This document shows, piece after piece, positions 1-10,599 of a DNA stretch of 64,000 nucleotides. The stretch is from assembly GCA_964291405.2 (NCBI GenBank), contig OZ219926.1:1344001-1408000 (forward strand), given 5' to 3'. Both the position numbers and the translations under genes were made by a program. The notes under the pieces are model-generated. The model was not told the DNA's origin. It searched no databases and saw only the letters and a program-made list of their open reading frames with translations. This DNA is from Thermodesulfobacteriota bacterium. GTDB lineage: Bacteria; Desulfobacterota; Binatia; Bin18. Every line of letters begins with the position of its first letter. The stretch's first letter is position 1.

Positions 1-96
1 ACGGAAACGGTCCCTTTGTGTCATTTGGCCCGTTGTGCACGGCTTCCCGTTGGGACCGACGTGATCGGTCCCCTACTCTTTCATTCACCACGCGAT

Positions 97-1239
97 TTAT
101 CTCAGCCCCCGGAAGCAGGTGCGCACCTCGCGTAGATACGACTCGGGTTGTTCGAACGCGGCAAAATGGCCGCCCTTGTCGAGTTCGTTGAAGTACACCA
201 CGTTCGCGAAGCGCTTCTCGGCCAAGCGTCTGGAGGTGTGAAAGATTTCCTTGGGGAAGATGGAGCATCCGACGGGGACGTTGACCGGATCCTGCCGGGC
301 GAATGCCTCGTTGAAGCTCTCCCAATACAGTCGTGCAGAAGATGTGGCGGTCGCCGGCAACCAATACAGCATCACGTTGTCGAGCAGCTCATCCCGCGTA
401 ACAACGTTCTCCGGATGGCCATCGCAGTCCATCCACGACCAGAACTTCTCGATAATCCAGGCCGCTTGTCCGGCGGGGGAATCGGTCAGACCATACCCGA
501 CCGTTTGCGGCCGGGTGCTTTGCTGCTTGGAATAGCCGGAGTCCCAGTCGTTGTAATACTTCATTTTTTCGAGCGCCGATTTTTCCTGTTCCGTCAAATC
601 GTCCATCGTCGGATCGGGCATCGCCAGCACGAGGTTCATGTGAATGCCGAGGCAATTGTCTGGATCCTGCACGCCGATGTACATCGTCACCACCGCGCCC
701 CAATCGCCGCCCTGGGCAGCGTAGCGCGTATAGCCGAGCCGCTGCATCAACTGCGACCAGGCGCGTGCAATGCGTTGCACCTTCCATCCGGTGCGTGACG
801 GCTTATCGGAGAATCCGTAGCCCGGCAGCGACGGGGCAACCACGTGAAATGCGTCGGCAGCATCGCCCCCGAACGCGGTCGGATTTGTCAGCGGCTCGAT
901 GACTTTATGGAACTCGACGATCGATCCCGGCCAGCCGTGCGAAATCACCAGCGGCATCGCATCAGGATGCGGCGAGCGAGCGTGAATGAAATGAATCCCC
1001 AGTCCGTCGATCGTGGTCCGGAACTGCGGAAAGCGATTGAGCTGCTCCTCGCGCGCCCGCCAGTCGTATTGTTCGAGCCAGTATTGGCACAGCTCCTGCG
1101 TGTAACTGAGCGGGATACCCTGGGTCCAGTCGTCCACACATTCCGGCTCGGGCCAACGGGTGTTGCGCAGCCGCTGGTTGAGGTCGTCGAGCTGCGCGTC
1201 AGTTGCCGCAATGCGAAAAGGTTCGATATGATCACTCAT
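97..1239 (-). CDS. Epoxide hydrolase (EHN domain + alpha/beta hydrolase)
   Basis: N-terminal 'IEPFRIA..LDDLNQRLRNTRWP', HGWPGS, nucleophile GGDWG, C-terminal GGHFAAFEQP. Confidence 0.93.
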   Translation of the reverse strand: MSDHIEPFRIAATDAQLDDLNQRLRNTRWPEPECVDDWTQGIPLSYTQELCQYWLEQYDWRAREEQLNRFPQFRTTIDGLGIHFIHARSPHPDAMPLVISHGWPGSIVEFHKVIEPLTNPTAFGGDAADAFHVVAPSLPGYGFSDKPSRTGWKVQRIARAWSQLMQRLGYTRYAAQGGDWGAVVTMYIGVQDPDNCLGIHMNLVLAMPDPTMDDLTEQEKSALEKMKYYNDWDSGYSKQQSTRPQTVGYGLTDSPAGQAAWIIEKFWSWMDCDGHPENVVTRDELLDNVMLYWLPATATSSARLYWESFNEAFARQDPVNVPVGCSIFPKEIFHTSRRLAEKRFANVVYFNELDKGGHFAAFEQPESYLREVRTCFRGLR

Positions 1240-1288
1240 GAATTGCCATCCTTCCGATCATGGGTTTACAGCCAGCAGTCATCATAGG

Positions 1289-1357
1289 ATGCCTTTACGT
1301 ACCACAGACTCAGATCAGAATCATCGGTTTCCACCCGCAACCATTAGCGACCAGTGA
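1289..1357 (+). mobile_element. IS6-family transposase 5' remnant
   Basis: Translates MPLRTTDSDQNHRFPPATISDQ*, like the IS6 N-terminus (Y-x-x-HRFPPEIISxA); shares AATCATCGGTTTCCACCCG and CGTACCACA with the remnant at 24243-24369 (opposite strand). Confidence 0.7.
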
Positions 1358-1547
1358 CAACAAGGCTTGACAAAATCAATGAAACGAGAAGATATGGCAC
1401 CAGCTTTTTTTGAGATACCGGGGCATTTTCCTATCGGGATAGACTGCCGGTGAGGTGGCCGCACACTCACTCGTTTCCCATTAGGGCACTGGCTTCTCCT
1501 TCATTGGCATTTTCCTGGAAGACGCTCGGAAAGGGGAGGGAAATCAT

Positions 1548-2072
1548 ATGAGTGACACGATCGACGATCTGGTGGCGCGTCTGACACGCCTGGAAGACCT
1601 CGAAGCCATTCGGCATACGTGGCGGGACTATTGCATGCGACTGGATTCTGCGGATTGGAGTGCGCTCGGTGATGTGTTCACCGAGGACGCCGTCCTCGAG
1701 ATGGATGGACTGGACCATCTGATCGAGGGACTAGATGGTCAGTATTGCGGCCGACAGACGATCATCAACGACTTCTATCGGCAGACCGGGTCTGTGCTTC
1801 CGCACGGCGCCAAGCCACTGTTCGTCACCGGTCATCTCAGCACAAACATGCAGATCGAGCTCCAGGGCGACGAGGCCACCACGCTCGCGTACTTTTTCGA
1901 GATCGTCGCGAACGATCGGGTGTTGATCGGGACGTATCAACATCGACTCCGTCGCGAAGCGGATCGCTGGCGGTTTCGCTTCTTGCGCATCGCGATTCGG
2001 TATCGGGCTCGGCTGGAAGCCACGGACGTAGGCGGCCAATCGCTGAACGACATCCTCGCACGTCCGGTCTAG
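1548..2072 (+). CDS. SnoaL-like/NTF2-family protein
   Basis: 'RLTRLEDLEAIR..YC..LD..DW..L..VFTEDA', 'GTYQHRLRREADRWRF'; RBS GGAGG. Confidence 0.85.
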   Translation: MSDTIDDLVARLTRLEDLEAIRHTWRDYCMRLDSADWSALGDVFTEDAVLEMDGLDHLIEGLDGQYCGRQTIINDFYRQTGSVLPHGAKPLFVTGHLSTNMQIELQGDEATTLAYFFEIVANDRVLIGTYQHRLRREADRWRFRFLRIAIRYRARLEATDVGGQSLNDILARPV

Positions 2073-2156
2073 CTTATCGCTGGTCGTCCTCCTGAACTCT
2101 TGCGTCCGCTGGACAGGGTGTGAAAGAACCACGGAGAGAAAAACAAGGAGGAAGAG

Positions 2157-3230
2157 ATGGCAGACCCACAGTTTGACCAGGCAAGAGCCGACGCCTTTTC
2201 CCAAAAGATGCTCGGCATCTTAAATGACGCGAGTGTGGCCCAGATGATAGTCATCGGCCACCAAGTCGGCCTGTTTGACACACTGGCCGGCTTAGCCCCC
2301 TCGACGAGTGAGCAGATTGCGGCGGCGAGTGACTTAAACGAACGCTACGTACGCGAGTGGCTCGGAGCCATGGTGACCGGCCGGATTGTAGACTATGACC
2401 CTGCCGGGAAAACCTACCGCCTCCCGCCTGAGCATGCCGCCGCCATCACTCGAGCGGCCGGCCCGAAGAACCTCGCGGCGCTGCTGCAAATGGTGCCAAT
2501 GGTGGCGAGAGTCCAGCAGGGCATCGTGGACAGTTTTCGCAATGGCGGCGGCGTGCCGTATTCAGCGTTCAGCGACTTCCATCAGCTGATGGCCGAGGTG
2601 AGTGGAGCCGTCCACGATGTGTCTCTCGTGAACACGACCCTGCCCCTCGTCTCCCAGCTGGTCGAGCGTTTACGCACGGGCATTGACGTCCTCGACGTCG
2701 GGTGTGGAAGTGGCCATGCGGTCAATCTCATGGCGCAAGCGTTTCCGCAGAGCCGCTTTACAGGCTATGACTTCTCGGAAGAAGGCGTCGCTGCGGGACG
2801 GGCGGAGGCGCAGGAGTGGGGGCTCACCAATACCCAGCTGGCCGTCAAGGATGCGGCCGAGCTCGACGAGGTCAGCCGCTACGACTTTATCACCGCCTTT
2901 GATTCTATCCACGACCAGGCGCATCCCCGCGCCGTGCTCAAGGGCATTGCCCAGGCCTTGCGGCCCGACGGCACGTTTTTGATGGTGGATGTGAACAGCT
3001 CGAGCAATTTGGAGGAGAACCTCGACCATATCCTGGGGCCGATGCTGTATAGCATCTCATGTATGCATTGAATGTCGGTCTCATTGGCCCTCCGGGGTGA
3101 GGGTCTCGGCGCGATGTGGGGCAGACACAAGGCTCAGGAGCTGTTGAGCGAAGCCGGCTTTACTCAGGTCACCATCAAGAATGTGGAACAGGATATGATG
3201 AATAACTACTACATCTGCACGAAGGGCTAG
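2157..3230 (+). CDS. Rv2258c-like winged-helix + class I SAM methyltransferase, putative selenoprotein (TGA 3069-3071 = residue 305, C-M-H-U)
   Basis: '[10 protein letters not shown]' N-terminal domain, [12 protein letters not shown] motif, FDSIHD; frame stays open past TGA as [17 protein letters not shown]...AGF...NNYYICTKG* (TAG 3228-3230), the normal family C-terminus. Confidence 0.85.
3074..3110 (+). promoter_or_regulatory. Putative bacterial SECIS hairpin
   Basis: Upper stem GGCCCTC(3086-3092)/GAGGGTC(3099-3105), loop CGGGGT with G at position 2, 21 nt after TGA; possible lower stem GTCGG/TCGGC. Confidence 0.6.
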
Positions 3231-3289
3231 CGAAGACGGCGGCATGTGGAGGGGTTAGAGGTTGTAGGGACAAAGATAGGCCGTTGTCC

Positions 3290-4468
3290 TTATGTGGGAG
3301 ATATCTGAGTATCCTCCAGGCTTTCCATTTCCTCCTCCCATGTCATACGCTTCCTCAAGGAGTTCAAGACCGGTTCGGAAGGCAGGGCTTCAGGGAAAAG
3401 GACCCCTCGCTGCGTAATGGTCCCATCGGCTAAGAGCATGATGGCAGCGACCGCTGGTCCGGTGATAATCAGGTTTCGATCGGCTGAAGCCCCACGAAAC
3501 GTACAGCGGGTACGGACACCGTGCTTCTCTCCCTCGACATAGACAACGACCCCAAATCCAGTCCCCTTGGCAGCATCGAGCGCTGTAATCCGCTGAAATA
3601 GTGGGCTCTCGACAAAGTACCGCGAGGTCAAAAACTCCACCATAAAATCAAAGGGGACAATAGGACTCTCGCCAACTTGCAAGGGTTCTGTGGTGCATAA
3701 ACGCGCGTCTCGCAGAAAGGTCAGGAGTGAGTTAAACTCCTCCACCCAATACCCACCCTTACACACGACTGCCTGCGGCTCCTTGAGCAGGGCACGAGAG
3801 GCGTGGAGCATCAAGGGCTCCCCATGTCCTACTACCCGTACGGTCTGCCGACCGATCGGCGGGGGAAAATCTAAGCTTTCCTCCTCTGTCCAGGCCTGGA
3901 TCTCTTGGATCTGGCCAGCGCGACAGACAGGAACAGAGGCGCTCGCCATACCCATCCGATGGATCCACAGGGCGCGGGCAAAAACGCTGATGCTGGCAAT
4001 CCAATTGAGACCAATCCGATCTACGCGCTCCAGCCTATCTGCCCCAGCTCGGGCCCAGAGGTTCGTCAGTCCTGGGGAACCTCCGATTCCCAGGACGAGC
4101 GTACAGCCACGCCGCTCAGCTTCTCCACTATACTGAGCCGCCAGATCACTGACGTTGAGATCATCGTTGATATCGACATAGTGGACTCCCGCCTCTACCG
4201 CAGCGCGCATACCGGGCAGACCCGTATCGGAATACGGGCCGGCAAAGTTGCCGATGAGATCCGTGTTGCGCGCGGCCGCCAAGAGGGCCGTATGATCACG
4301 AATATCCAGACCGAGACCTGCGCTCGCCCCAACCTCTTGAGCAACCCGCTTGGCCCGCTCCCCGTCCAAATCTGAGACGACAAGTTCAGTAATACTGTTT
4401 TCCTGGGCCAAAAGCTTGGCAATCCGAGAGCCTTGGGTGCCCGCGCCTCCGAGTAGCAGCACACGCAT
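3290..4468 (-). CDS. Saccharopine dehydrogenase-like oxidoreductase
   Basis: GGAGTQG Rossmann motif, 'NFAGPY', 'GVHYVDIND', 'GIGGSPGLTN', HGEP. Confidence 0.85.
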   Translation of the reverse strand: MRVLLLGGAGTQGSRIAKLLAQENSITELVVSDLDGERAKRVAQEVGASAGLGLDIRDHTALLAAARNTDLIGNFAGPYSDTGLPGMRAAVEAGVHYVDINDDLNVSDLAAQYSGEAERRGCTLVLGIGGSPGLTNLWARAGADRLERVDRIGLNWIASISVFARALWIHRMGMASASVPVCRAGQIQEIQAWTEEESLDFPPPIGRQTVRVVGHGEPLMLHASRALLKEPQAVVCKGGYWVEEFNSLLTFLRDARLCTTEPLQVGESPIVPFDFMVEFLTSRYFVESPLFQRITALDAAKGTGFGVVVYVEGEKHGVRTRCTFRGASADRNLIITGPAVAAIMLLADGTITQRGVLFPEALPSEPVLNSLRKRMTWEEEMESLEDTQISPT

Positions 4469-4500
4469 CAGTCCCCTCCCCTTGTGGCGAGCGCTCGTAT

Positions 4501-5142
4501 TTAGGCAGTCGCCCGCAGGCGGTCCGGCACTTCGAGCTCAGCGATCACTTCATCGCTCGTGAGCACCCGGCAGAAGGCCAGACGCAGAATTTCGAGGCTT
4601 GCCTCATGGGCCTGTTGCGAATAGGTGGCGTTGGCGTCGCTGACAAAAAACACCTTATAGTCCAGCATCGCAGCGTCCCGTGCGGTGGACTCACAACAGA
4701 TATTGGTAGCAACCCCGGTGATAATCAGACTTTCCCTTTTGAGACCTCGCAGGAGGCCCTCAAGGTTAGACGAGCCAGGAATGAGCGCGCTCCAGCGACA
4801 CTTTTGGACCTGATGATCTTCAGGCTGGACGTCAAGCTCGGCGTAGAGCTCGACCCCCGTCGTCCCTTCGATCATGGGCGGCAGAAAATCCCACATCAGG
4901 CCGGCATCGCTGCCGTCTTTCCGTTCAACATGCCGGATCCAAATGACAGGGACTCCCGCCTGCCGGCACGTGTGAGCCAGCCGGTTGATGGTTGGGACGA
5001 TCTCACGAGCGGCCGGGACCTCGCTGTGCGCTCCAGGTAGCAGGACGTCGTTCTCCATATCGATAACGAGAAGCGCGACGTTTGCCGGATCAATGTGCCA
5101 ATCGGTTTTCCTGTGCGGATCAAACGCTGTCGTGTGTGCCAT
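4501..5142 (-). CDS. Isochorismatase-family cysteine hydrolase
   Basis: 'ALLVIDMEND', 'K.RWSA', 'GVATNICCESTARDA'. Confidence 0.9.
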   Translation of the reverse strand: MAHTTAFDPHRKTDWHIDPANVALLVIDMENDVLLPGAHSEVPAAREIVPTINRLAHTCRQAGVPVIWIRHVERKDGSDAGLMWDFLPPMIEGTTGVELYAELDVQPEDHQVQKCRWSALIPGSSNLEGLLRGLKRESLIITGVATNICCESTARDAAMLDYKVFFVSDANATYSQQAHEASLEILRLAFCRVLTSDEVIAELEVPDRLRATA

Positions 5143-5370
5143 GGGACATCCTCCTTTTCGTCAGCGAATTGTCAGATAATTCGTGCAGGGAGTATAGGCT
5201 CTTTGGCTTCTGCAAGTCAAAGAGACATTGAAAAGCCAACCATACAGTCGAGCTAAGAAGATGACGAAGCCCTGCCCAAGGTCATGGGGACGAGGTTGCT
5301 CTGCCTATCCCCGAAGCCGCTCCGGTAATCAGGGCTACTTTATCTTCGAGTCGCATGGGTCCACTCTCCC

Positions 5371-6882
5371 CTATTTGGACAGCAAACTGGCCGCCACCCC
5401 ATTCACTTGCACGGCGGGGGTTCCTGCGGCGAGCACAGCGGCGGCCTCTTTCTCGACCAGCGTGCCATTGAAAAAATCCGGGTTGGCGTCGGCCCAGAAA
5501 TGGACCGGATTCGCCAGTACGAAGTCACGAAAATTGTCTGCATCCATCAAGCCATCTTCAACCAGTTCGTAGGCTTCGGGTAAGACCCCAGCCATGTCCG
5601 TCACGTCGAAATGGCCAATGTCCGAACCGAATAAGGCGTTCAACTGCGAGCCGAGCGGAAGATTCTTCCGATTAAAAGCCACGGCGTTCATTTTATCATC
5701 CGCCTCGCAGCCGAAATAAAAATTCTTGGCAAACAGCTCGTGAAAGTCCTGCTTCTTATCGATCTGGCACGCTGCGTAATCATCCAGATTCTCGATGCCA
5801 CCCGTCTCGGGACCATACGGCTGCGTGACCGTGTCCAGGGGCGATTCACTCTCTGTTAACGCGTCGACGATTTCTTGACTTCCGTACGATTCAGCCAACT
5901 GCCGCAGCAAATCCACATCGAGATTGTCTGGCCTGACTTCCTCCAAGGCGTCCACATTACGCTTCTCCCAGTGCTCGATCAGATCAACGTACAGCTGACA
6001 CGCCCAGCCGACGCCGCCTTCCAGAAAACCAAACTTCAGGGTCGGAAACCGACGAGTCACACCGCCCAAAAAGAGCGCTTTACACACCGCTTCACCGGCA
6101 GCGGCAAAATGGCCAATGTGGTTGTAGCAAAAGTTCGAGGGCGAGACGCGCAAGCCGTAGCCTTTGCTACCGGAATGGAAGGTCGGCGAGAAGCCTAACT
6201 CGACACACTTCGCCCACACGGGGTCATAATCATGTTCGCTGTCGAGTCCGAGGACATCGTACCAGGCGGCAACGCCTGCGGCTGTGGGATGTTCTTCGGC
6301 AATAGCGGGTATCTGACGTCGCATCATGCTGCCCAGCATGACGACCTTTAAGCCTAGTTGATGTTTCACATGTTCGAGTTCTGTAATGGCTTCTTCCGGC
6401 GTGTGCATCGGAATTACAGCCACCGGCGTCAGGCGATCCGAGAAGTTGCGAAAATAATCGGCACTAAATGTATTGAAGGCCCGGCAGGTCACCCGTCGCG
6501 TCTCGTCATCGGCAATCGTGGGGAGTGACAGACCTATAGTCGGATACATGACCGAAAAATCGAAACCGAGTTCATCCATGCGTTCATACAGCAACTGCGG
6601 CATAAACGCCGTAGCACGGTCGCGCGTATTCCTGGTTGGGAATCCCCAGAACCCCTGCTGCCCAATCCGTCGCTTACGCCGCTCAGCCACCGACATCGAG
6701 AGTTGCCGGTCGACCAGCGCGGGGCGTAATGAGAACCCCTCCGCGGCCATGTCCCCACCAATCTTTCGCAGCCGTTCCTCGACCAACGGCCCAAACTCCA
6801 GCCAGTGTCCGTCGGCGTCAATGATCGGGTGGTTCAGCTGCTTCCGCAGTACTGTGTTCCTGGTAGTTCCGTTACGACTCAT
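5371..6882 (-). CDS. Amidohydrolase_2 family protein
   Basis: 'IIDADGHWLE', 'YDPVWAKCVELG..PTFH', 'FLEGGVGW', 'FGSDIGHFD'. Confidence 0.9.
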   Translation of the reverse strand: MSRNGTTRNTVLRKQLNHPIIDADGHWLEFGPLVEERLRKIGGDMAAEGFSLRPALVDRQLSMSVAERRKRRIGQQGFWGFPTRNTRDRATAFMPQLLYERMDELGFDFSVMYPTIGLSLPTIADDETRRVTCRAFNTFSADYFRNFSDRLTPVAVIPMHTPEEAITELEHVKHQLGLKVVMLGSMMRRQIPAIAEEHPTAAGVAAWYDVLGLDSEHDYDPVWAKCVELGFSPTFHSGSKGYGLRVSPSNFCYNHIGHFAAAGEAVCKALFLGGVTRRFPTLKFGFLEGGVGWACQLYVDLIEHWEKRNVDALEEVRPDNLDVDLLRQLAESYGSQEIVDALTESESPLDTVTQPYGPETGGIENLDDYAACQIDKKQDFHELFAKNFYFGCEADDKMNAVAFNRKNLPLGSQLNALFGSDIGHFDVTDMAGVLPEAYELVEDGLMDADNFRDFVLANPVHFWADANPDFFNGTLVEKEAAAVLAAGTPAVQVNGVAASLLSK

Positions 6883-6999
6883 GATCGCCCTCCTTGCGCC
6901 GATTTTCGTATGTTCCTCTTCGCCGTTATCACTTGAGACACTTCACGGATATTCCGCGGAGAAGTCAAGCGGGACAGCGGGTGCTGTCTGACTGAACTT

Positions 7000-7195
7000 C
7001 TACCGAAAGGCGTTGCGGTGTGCCGCCGCCGGGTGGGTAGCCGGAAGCCTATCGTCACCAAAGATTTTTCGGCGCAGGGTACCGGGAGTGTACACCTCTT
7101 TGGCAAGCCCCCGCTTCCGCAGCTCGGGCATGACGTGCTCGATGAACTCCGTGTAGCTACCGGGGATGGTGGCGTTGATGACATTGATACCGTTT
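7000..7195 (-). pseudogene. 3' fragment of NtaA/DmoA-type FMN monooxygenase
   Basis: 'GINV..PGSYTEFIEHVMPELRKRGL..YTPGTLRRKIFG..RLPATHPAA*'; 5' part replaced by the higB promoter. Confidence 0.75.
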
Positions 7196-7207
7196 CTCCC
7201 CTTTCTT

Positions 7208-7236
7208 TTGACACCCGATACGTAACGGGTTACACT
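7208..7236 (+). promoter_or_regulatory. sigma70 promoter with operator palindrome for higBA
   Basis: TTGACA-17 bp-TACACT ending 5 nt before ATG (near-leaderless); palindrome GTAAC-GG-GTTAC at 7222-7233. Confidence 0.75.
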
Positions 7237-7241
7237 GCGCC

Positions 7242-7520
7242 ATGATTCGCAGCTTTCGCCACAAGGGATTACGGCAGCTTTACCGGACGGGCAAGACTGC
7301 CGGGCTGAATCCCCAATGGTTGAAACGTTTGCGGGCCATCCTGGCGCGATTGGACGCCAGTACACGGCCCCAGGATATGGACCATCCGGGGTTACGGCTC
7401 CACCCGCTCAAGGGGGAGTGGGCCGGATTTTGGGCGGTCGAGGTATCGGGGAACTGGCGGGTGGTGTTTCGCTTTGAAGATGACGCCCCCAGCGACGTCG
7501 ATTTGATCGATTATCACTAG
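7242..7520 (+). CDS. higB: HigB toxin (RelE/ParE superfamily)
   Basis: 'MIRSFRHKGL...LHPLKG...W...VSGNWRVVFRF...VDLIDYH'. Confidence 0.92.
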   Translation: MIRSFRHKGLRQLYRTGKTAGLNPQWLKRLRAILARLDASTRPQDMDHPGLRLHPLKGEWAGFWAVEVSGNWRVVFRFEDDAPSDVDLIDYH

Positions 7521-7532
7521 GAGCAAAAGACC

Positions 7533-7826
7533 ATGGTAATGCATAATCCTCCCCATCCTGGCGAAACGATCCGGGAACTGTGCTTGGAACCTTTGGGCCT
7601 GACGGTGACGGCGGCGGCGGAAGGTCTGAGGGTCTCGCGGAAAGCCTTGTCTGAACTGCTGAACGGCCATAGCAGTATTTCTCCGAGTATGGCCGTTCGC
7701 TTAGAAAAGGCTTTTGGTGGGAGTGCGGAAAGCTGGCTGCGGCAGCAAATGCAGTATGATCTATGGCAGGTGCAAAAGCAGGCCGGGAAGATCAAGGTCA
7801 AACGCTTTGAGTTGCCCCCGGCCTAG
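7533..7826 (+). CDS. higA: HigA antitoxin (HTH)
   Basis: 'MHNPPHPGE...[23 protein letters not shown]...ISP.MA.RL.KAFG.S.ESWL..Q'. Confidence 0.92.
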   Translation: MVMHNPPHPGETIRELCLEPLGLTVTAAAEGLRVSRKALSELLNGHSSISPSMAVRLEKAFGGSAESWLRQQMQYDLWQVQKQAGKIKVKRFELPPA

Positions 7827-8055
7827 ACCCTGCGGTTGCGTCTCGGTATGGAGATAAGCGCTCCGTTGAAACACGACCTTCCAAAGCTGCGAGGATGGTA
7901 GGTGTATAGGGAAAATCCTTGGCCAATGGAAGGTTGCGTACTTCTCAAGGATTGTTGTAGATCAAATGGGAGACGCTCTAATTTTAGAGGCTTTCTTAAC
8001 AGGAAGGACTGTAAAGCAGCGATAGGAAGCCATCCCTCCAGATTCCCAGCAACGT

Positions 8056-9749
8056 TTAGACTCGTTTACGCTGATATTTTCGACCTAACGCCTCCTCATC
8101 GCGCAGATATTTGGCCATCCGTTCATGGCTGAATCCATACGGTCCGCTACCGAATAAACCGACTTCTTCAATCGCCAGCCGCTCTAATTCAGCATTACTA
8201 GATAAATCGCCTAAGCCTTGCTCAGTCGGCAGCTCGGCAGCCCGCCAAGCGTCAAATCCGCCCTGCAATACTGCGACGCGGGTATAGCCCATGGCTTTTA
8301 AGGTGGGGACGGATAAGGGCGAGAGATTCCCCTTGCGGCACATCAGCACCACCAGGGTCGTTTTGTCCGGTACTTCATGTTCAATCTGGAGGTCGAGCTT
8401 GCCCCGCGAGAGCCAGCGTGCGCCCGGCACATGAGCAGTGGCGAAATCGCCCAGACTCCGCACATCGAGCAGTGCAGGCTGCTCACCAGCATCAGCTGAG
8501 TCTGCAAGGCTTGCGGCGTGAGGAGTTCGGCCTGCGCACGAGCTTCAGCCAAGCCGGGGATCGGCAGAGCCTGGGGCTCTACCCCGGCCGGCAGTCCCTG
8601 CAGCAGCCGCGCCATCCATACGGGCTGGCCAAAATCAATCTCTTGGGGGTCGCCAGTCTCAAGCTCAAAACCGGCGGCTTTCCAGGCGGTCGTGCCGCCG
8701 TCCAGGACACTCACGTTTGGATAGCCAGCTCCCTTGAGTACAGACGCGGCGATAATCGCCCGGGCGCGGCCGGCACACATGGTGATAATCGGTGCGTTCT
8801 TCACGCCGATCAAACTCTCGACCAGGAGGGCAATCTGAGTCGCGGGACAAAAATGGGCGCCGGGAATATGGCCGGCCTGATACTCGTCGAGCAAACGCAC
8901 ATCGAGCAGGTAGAGCAACTCACCCTTTTCCTGCCGAGCGTGCACGTCCTGAGGGGTGATACTGGAAACGTTGTCTTCTGTGGCAAGGTGCTCGGCAAAC
9001 TGTTTGCACGTTGAGATACCAGTCTCAGAAAGTCGGGGCACGGGGACGCCGTCGCCTTTCTCAAGTTCCCCGGTGTAGCCGGCAATGCGCCAGGCCCCGG
9101 TGCCACCCTTCAGCGCGTAGACGTCGGTAAAACCCATCCGCCGTAAAATATGAGCTCCCAGCAAGCTGCGTGTGCGGCCGGCACAGTTGGTGACAATCGT
9201 CCGGCCTTTGTCTGGTACAACCTCGGGCGCGATCAGGGCTAACTGCCCGCCTGGAGCGCAATACGCGCCTGGCAAATGCGCAGCCTTGAATTCCGGCTCA
9301 GTGCGAGTATCAAAGATATACAGCTGTTCGCCTTGCTTCAGGCGCGCATGGAGTTCTTCGGCCATCATCTCGGGGATGTCCTCCTCGACCTGGAGACGCT
9401 CGCCATAGACTTTGCCCCGTAAACTCCAGCCATGCATTGTCTCATAGCCAGCCGCTGTCCAGGCGGTGAGACCGCTGTCCAGGACCGACACATTGGTATA
9501 GCCCAGGGTTTCCAGGCTGAGGGCCGCCCGAGTCGAACGTTGGCCGGTATCGCAGTACAGAACTGTAGGGATATCGGTCTTGGGGACTAACACCGAAATA
9601 TACTTTTCTAATGATCCGCGCGGGATGCAGTTGGTGCCAGGAATCTGGCCCAGGGAAAATTCTCCCCAGTCCCGGACATCAATGACCGCATACAGCACCT
9701 GGCTGTCTAGAAGCGCTTTGAGATCTTGGGCACTCATACTGCCTGCCAT
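8056..9749 (-). CDS. Multi-domain rhodanese-like sulfurtransferase, frameshifted (1-bp deletion near 8494)
   Basis: Four rhodanese repeats (DVR..EF..GQIPG; DTRTEPEF...HLPGA with CAGRTRS; DVR..EY..GHIPGA; DVRS..DF...HVPGA); restoring one base gives QLDAGEQPALLDVRSLGDF and joins ORFs 8343-9806 and 8056-8463. Confidence 0.8.
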
Positions 9750-9887
9750 GAGAGTTCCTCCTTGTGACGCGTACGGAAAAGTCCGCAGGTGCTTGACCGC
9801 GCCCATATGACGTTGGACAATCGAAGCCTAGGCTCGAGAGATGGTCAATACCCATAAGATGAGCTGACTGCTGCAAGGGAGGGAGAT

Positions 9888-10493
9888 ATGGCTGAAAAAT
9901 GGAAAATTGAGGGTGATTATTTTGAATCGTGTAATTGTGACACGATCTGTGCCTGTTTGATCCAGAACCCGCCCCCTCGTGGGCGGTGTGACGCGGCCCT
10001 GGCGTTTCATGTGAATCAGGGGAGCTATGGCCAGACGAGCCTCGGCGATCTGAACGCCGTGCTCGTGGTGTCCTTTCCCGGTCCGGGCAAGATGGGGGAC
10101 GGCAACTGGACTGCGGCCCTGTACGTGGACGACAAGGCCTCCACAGACCAGCAAGAGGGGCTGAGTGCGATTTTCTCCGGTCAGGCGGGTGGGCCCATGC
10201 AGCTGGTCTCGGGTCTGATCAGTAATTTTCTGGGGATCAAGACCGCTCCCATTGCGTTTACGATAGACGCCAACAATCGGCGGCTGACGATTCCGGACGT
10301 GCTGGAGATCGACATTGAGGCACTGACCGGTCGGGACGGCAGTGAGCCGCTATGGGTCACCAACGCCAATCACCCGGTTTCGCCCAGGCTGTCGCTGGCC
10401 AAATCCAACGCGTATCGCTACACCGACCACAACCTGGCCTGGGACGTCGATAATACCAACGGCCACTTTGCGCCGTTTAGCTGGCAGAATTAG
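9888..10493 (+). CDS. DUF1326 family protein
   Basis: 'W.IEGDYFESCNC..ICAC...P..G.C', 'IFSGQAGGP'; usual partner of DUF2182. Confidence 0.85.
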   Translation: MAEKWKIEGDYFESCNCDTICACLIQNPPPRGRCDAALAFHVNQGSYGQTSLGDLNAVLVVSFPGPGKMGDGNWTAALYVDDKASTDQQEGLSAIFSGQAGGPMQLVSGLISNFLGIKTAPIAFTIDANNRRLTIPDVLEIDIEALTGRDGSEPLWVTNANHPVSPRLSLAKSNAYRYTDHNLAWDVDNTNGHFAPFSWQN

Positions 10494-10599
10494 CCCGTTT
10501 TAACGTGGCTGGACCGTGCGTTCAGCCCCCGACCCCTATCGACCTGGTTGCCCTTTCCCCGTTGGAAAAGGACTGAGGTGAGGGAAGAGACTGCCAGCC

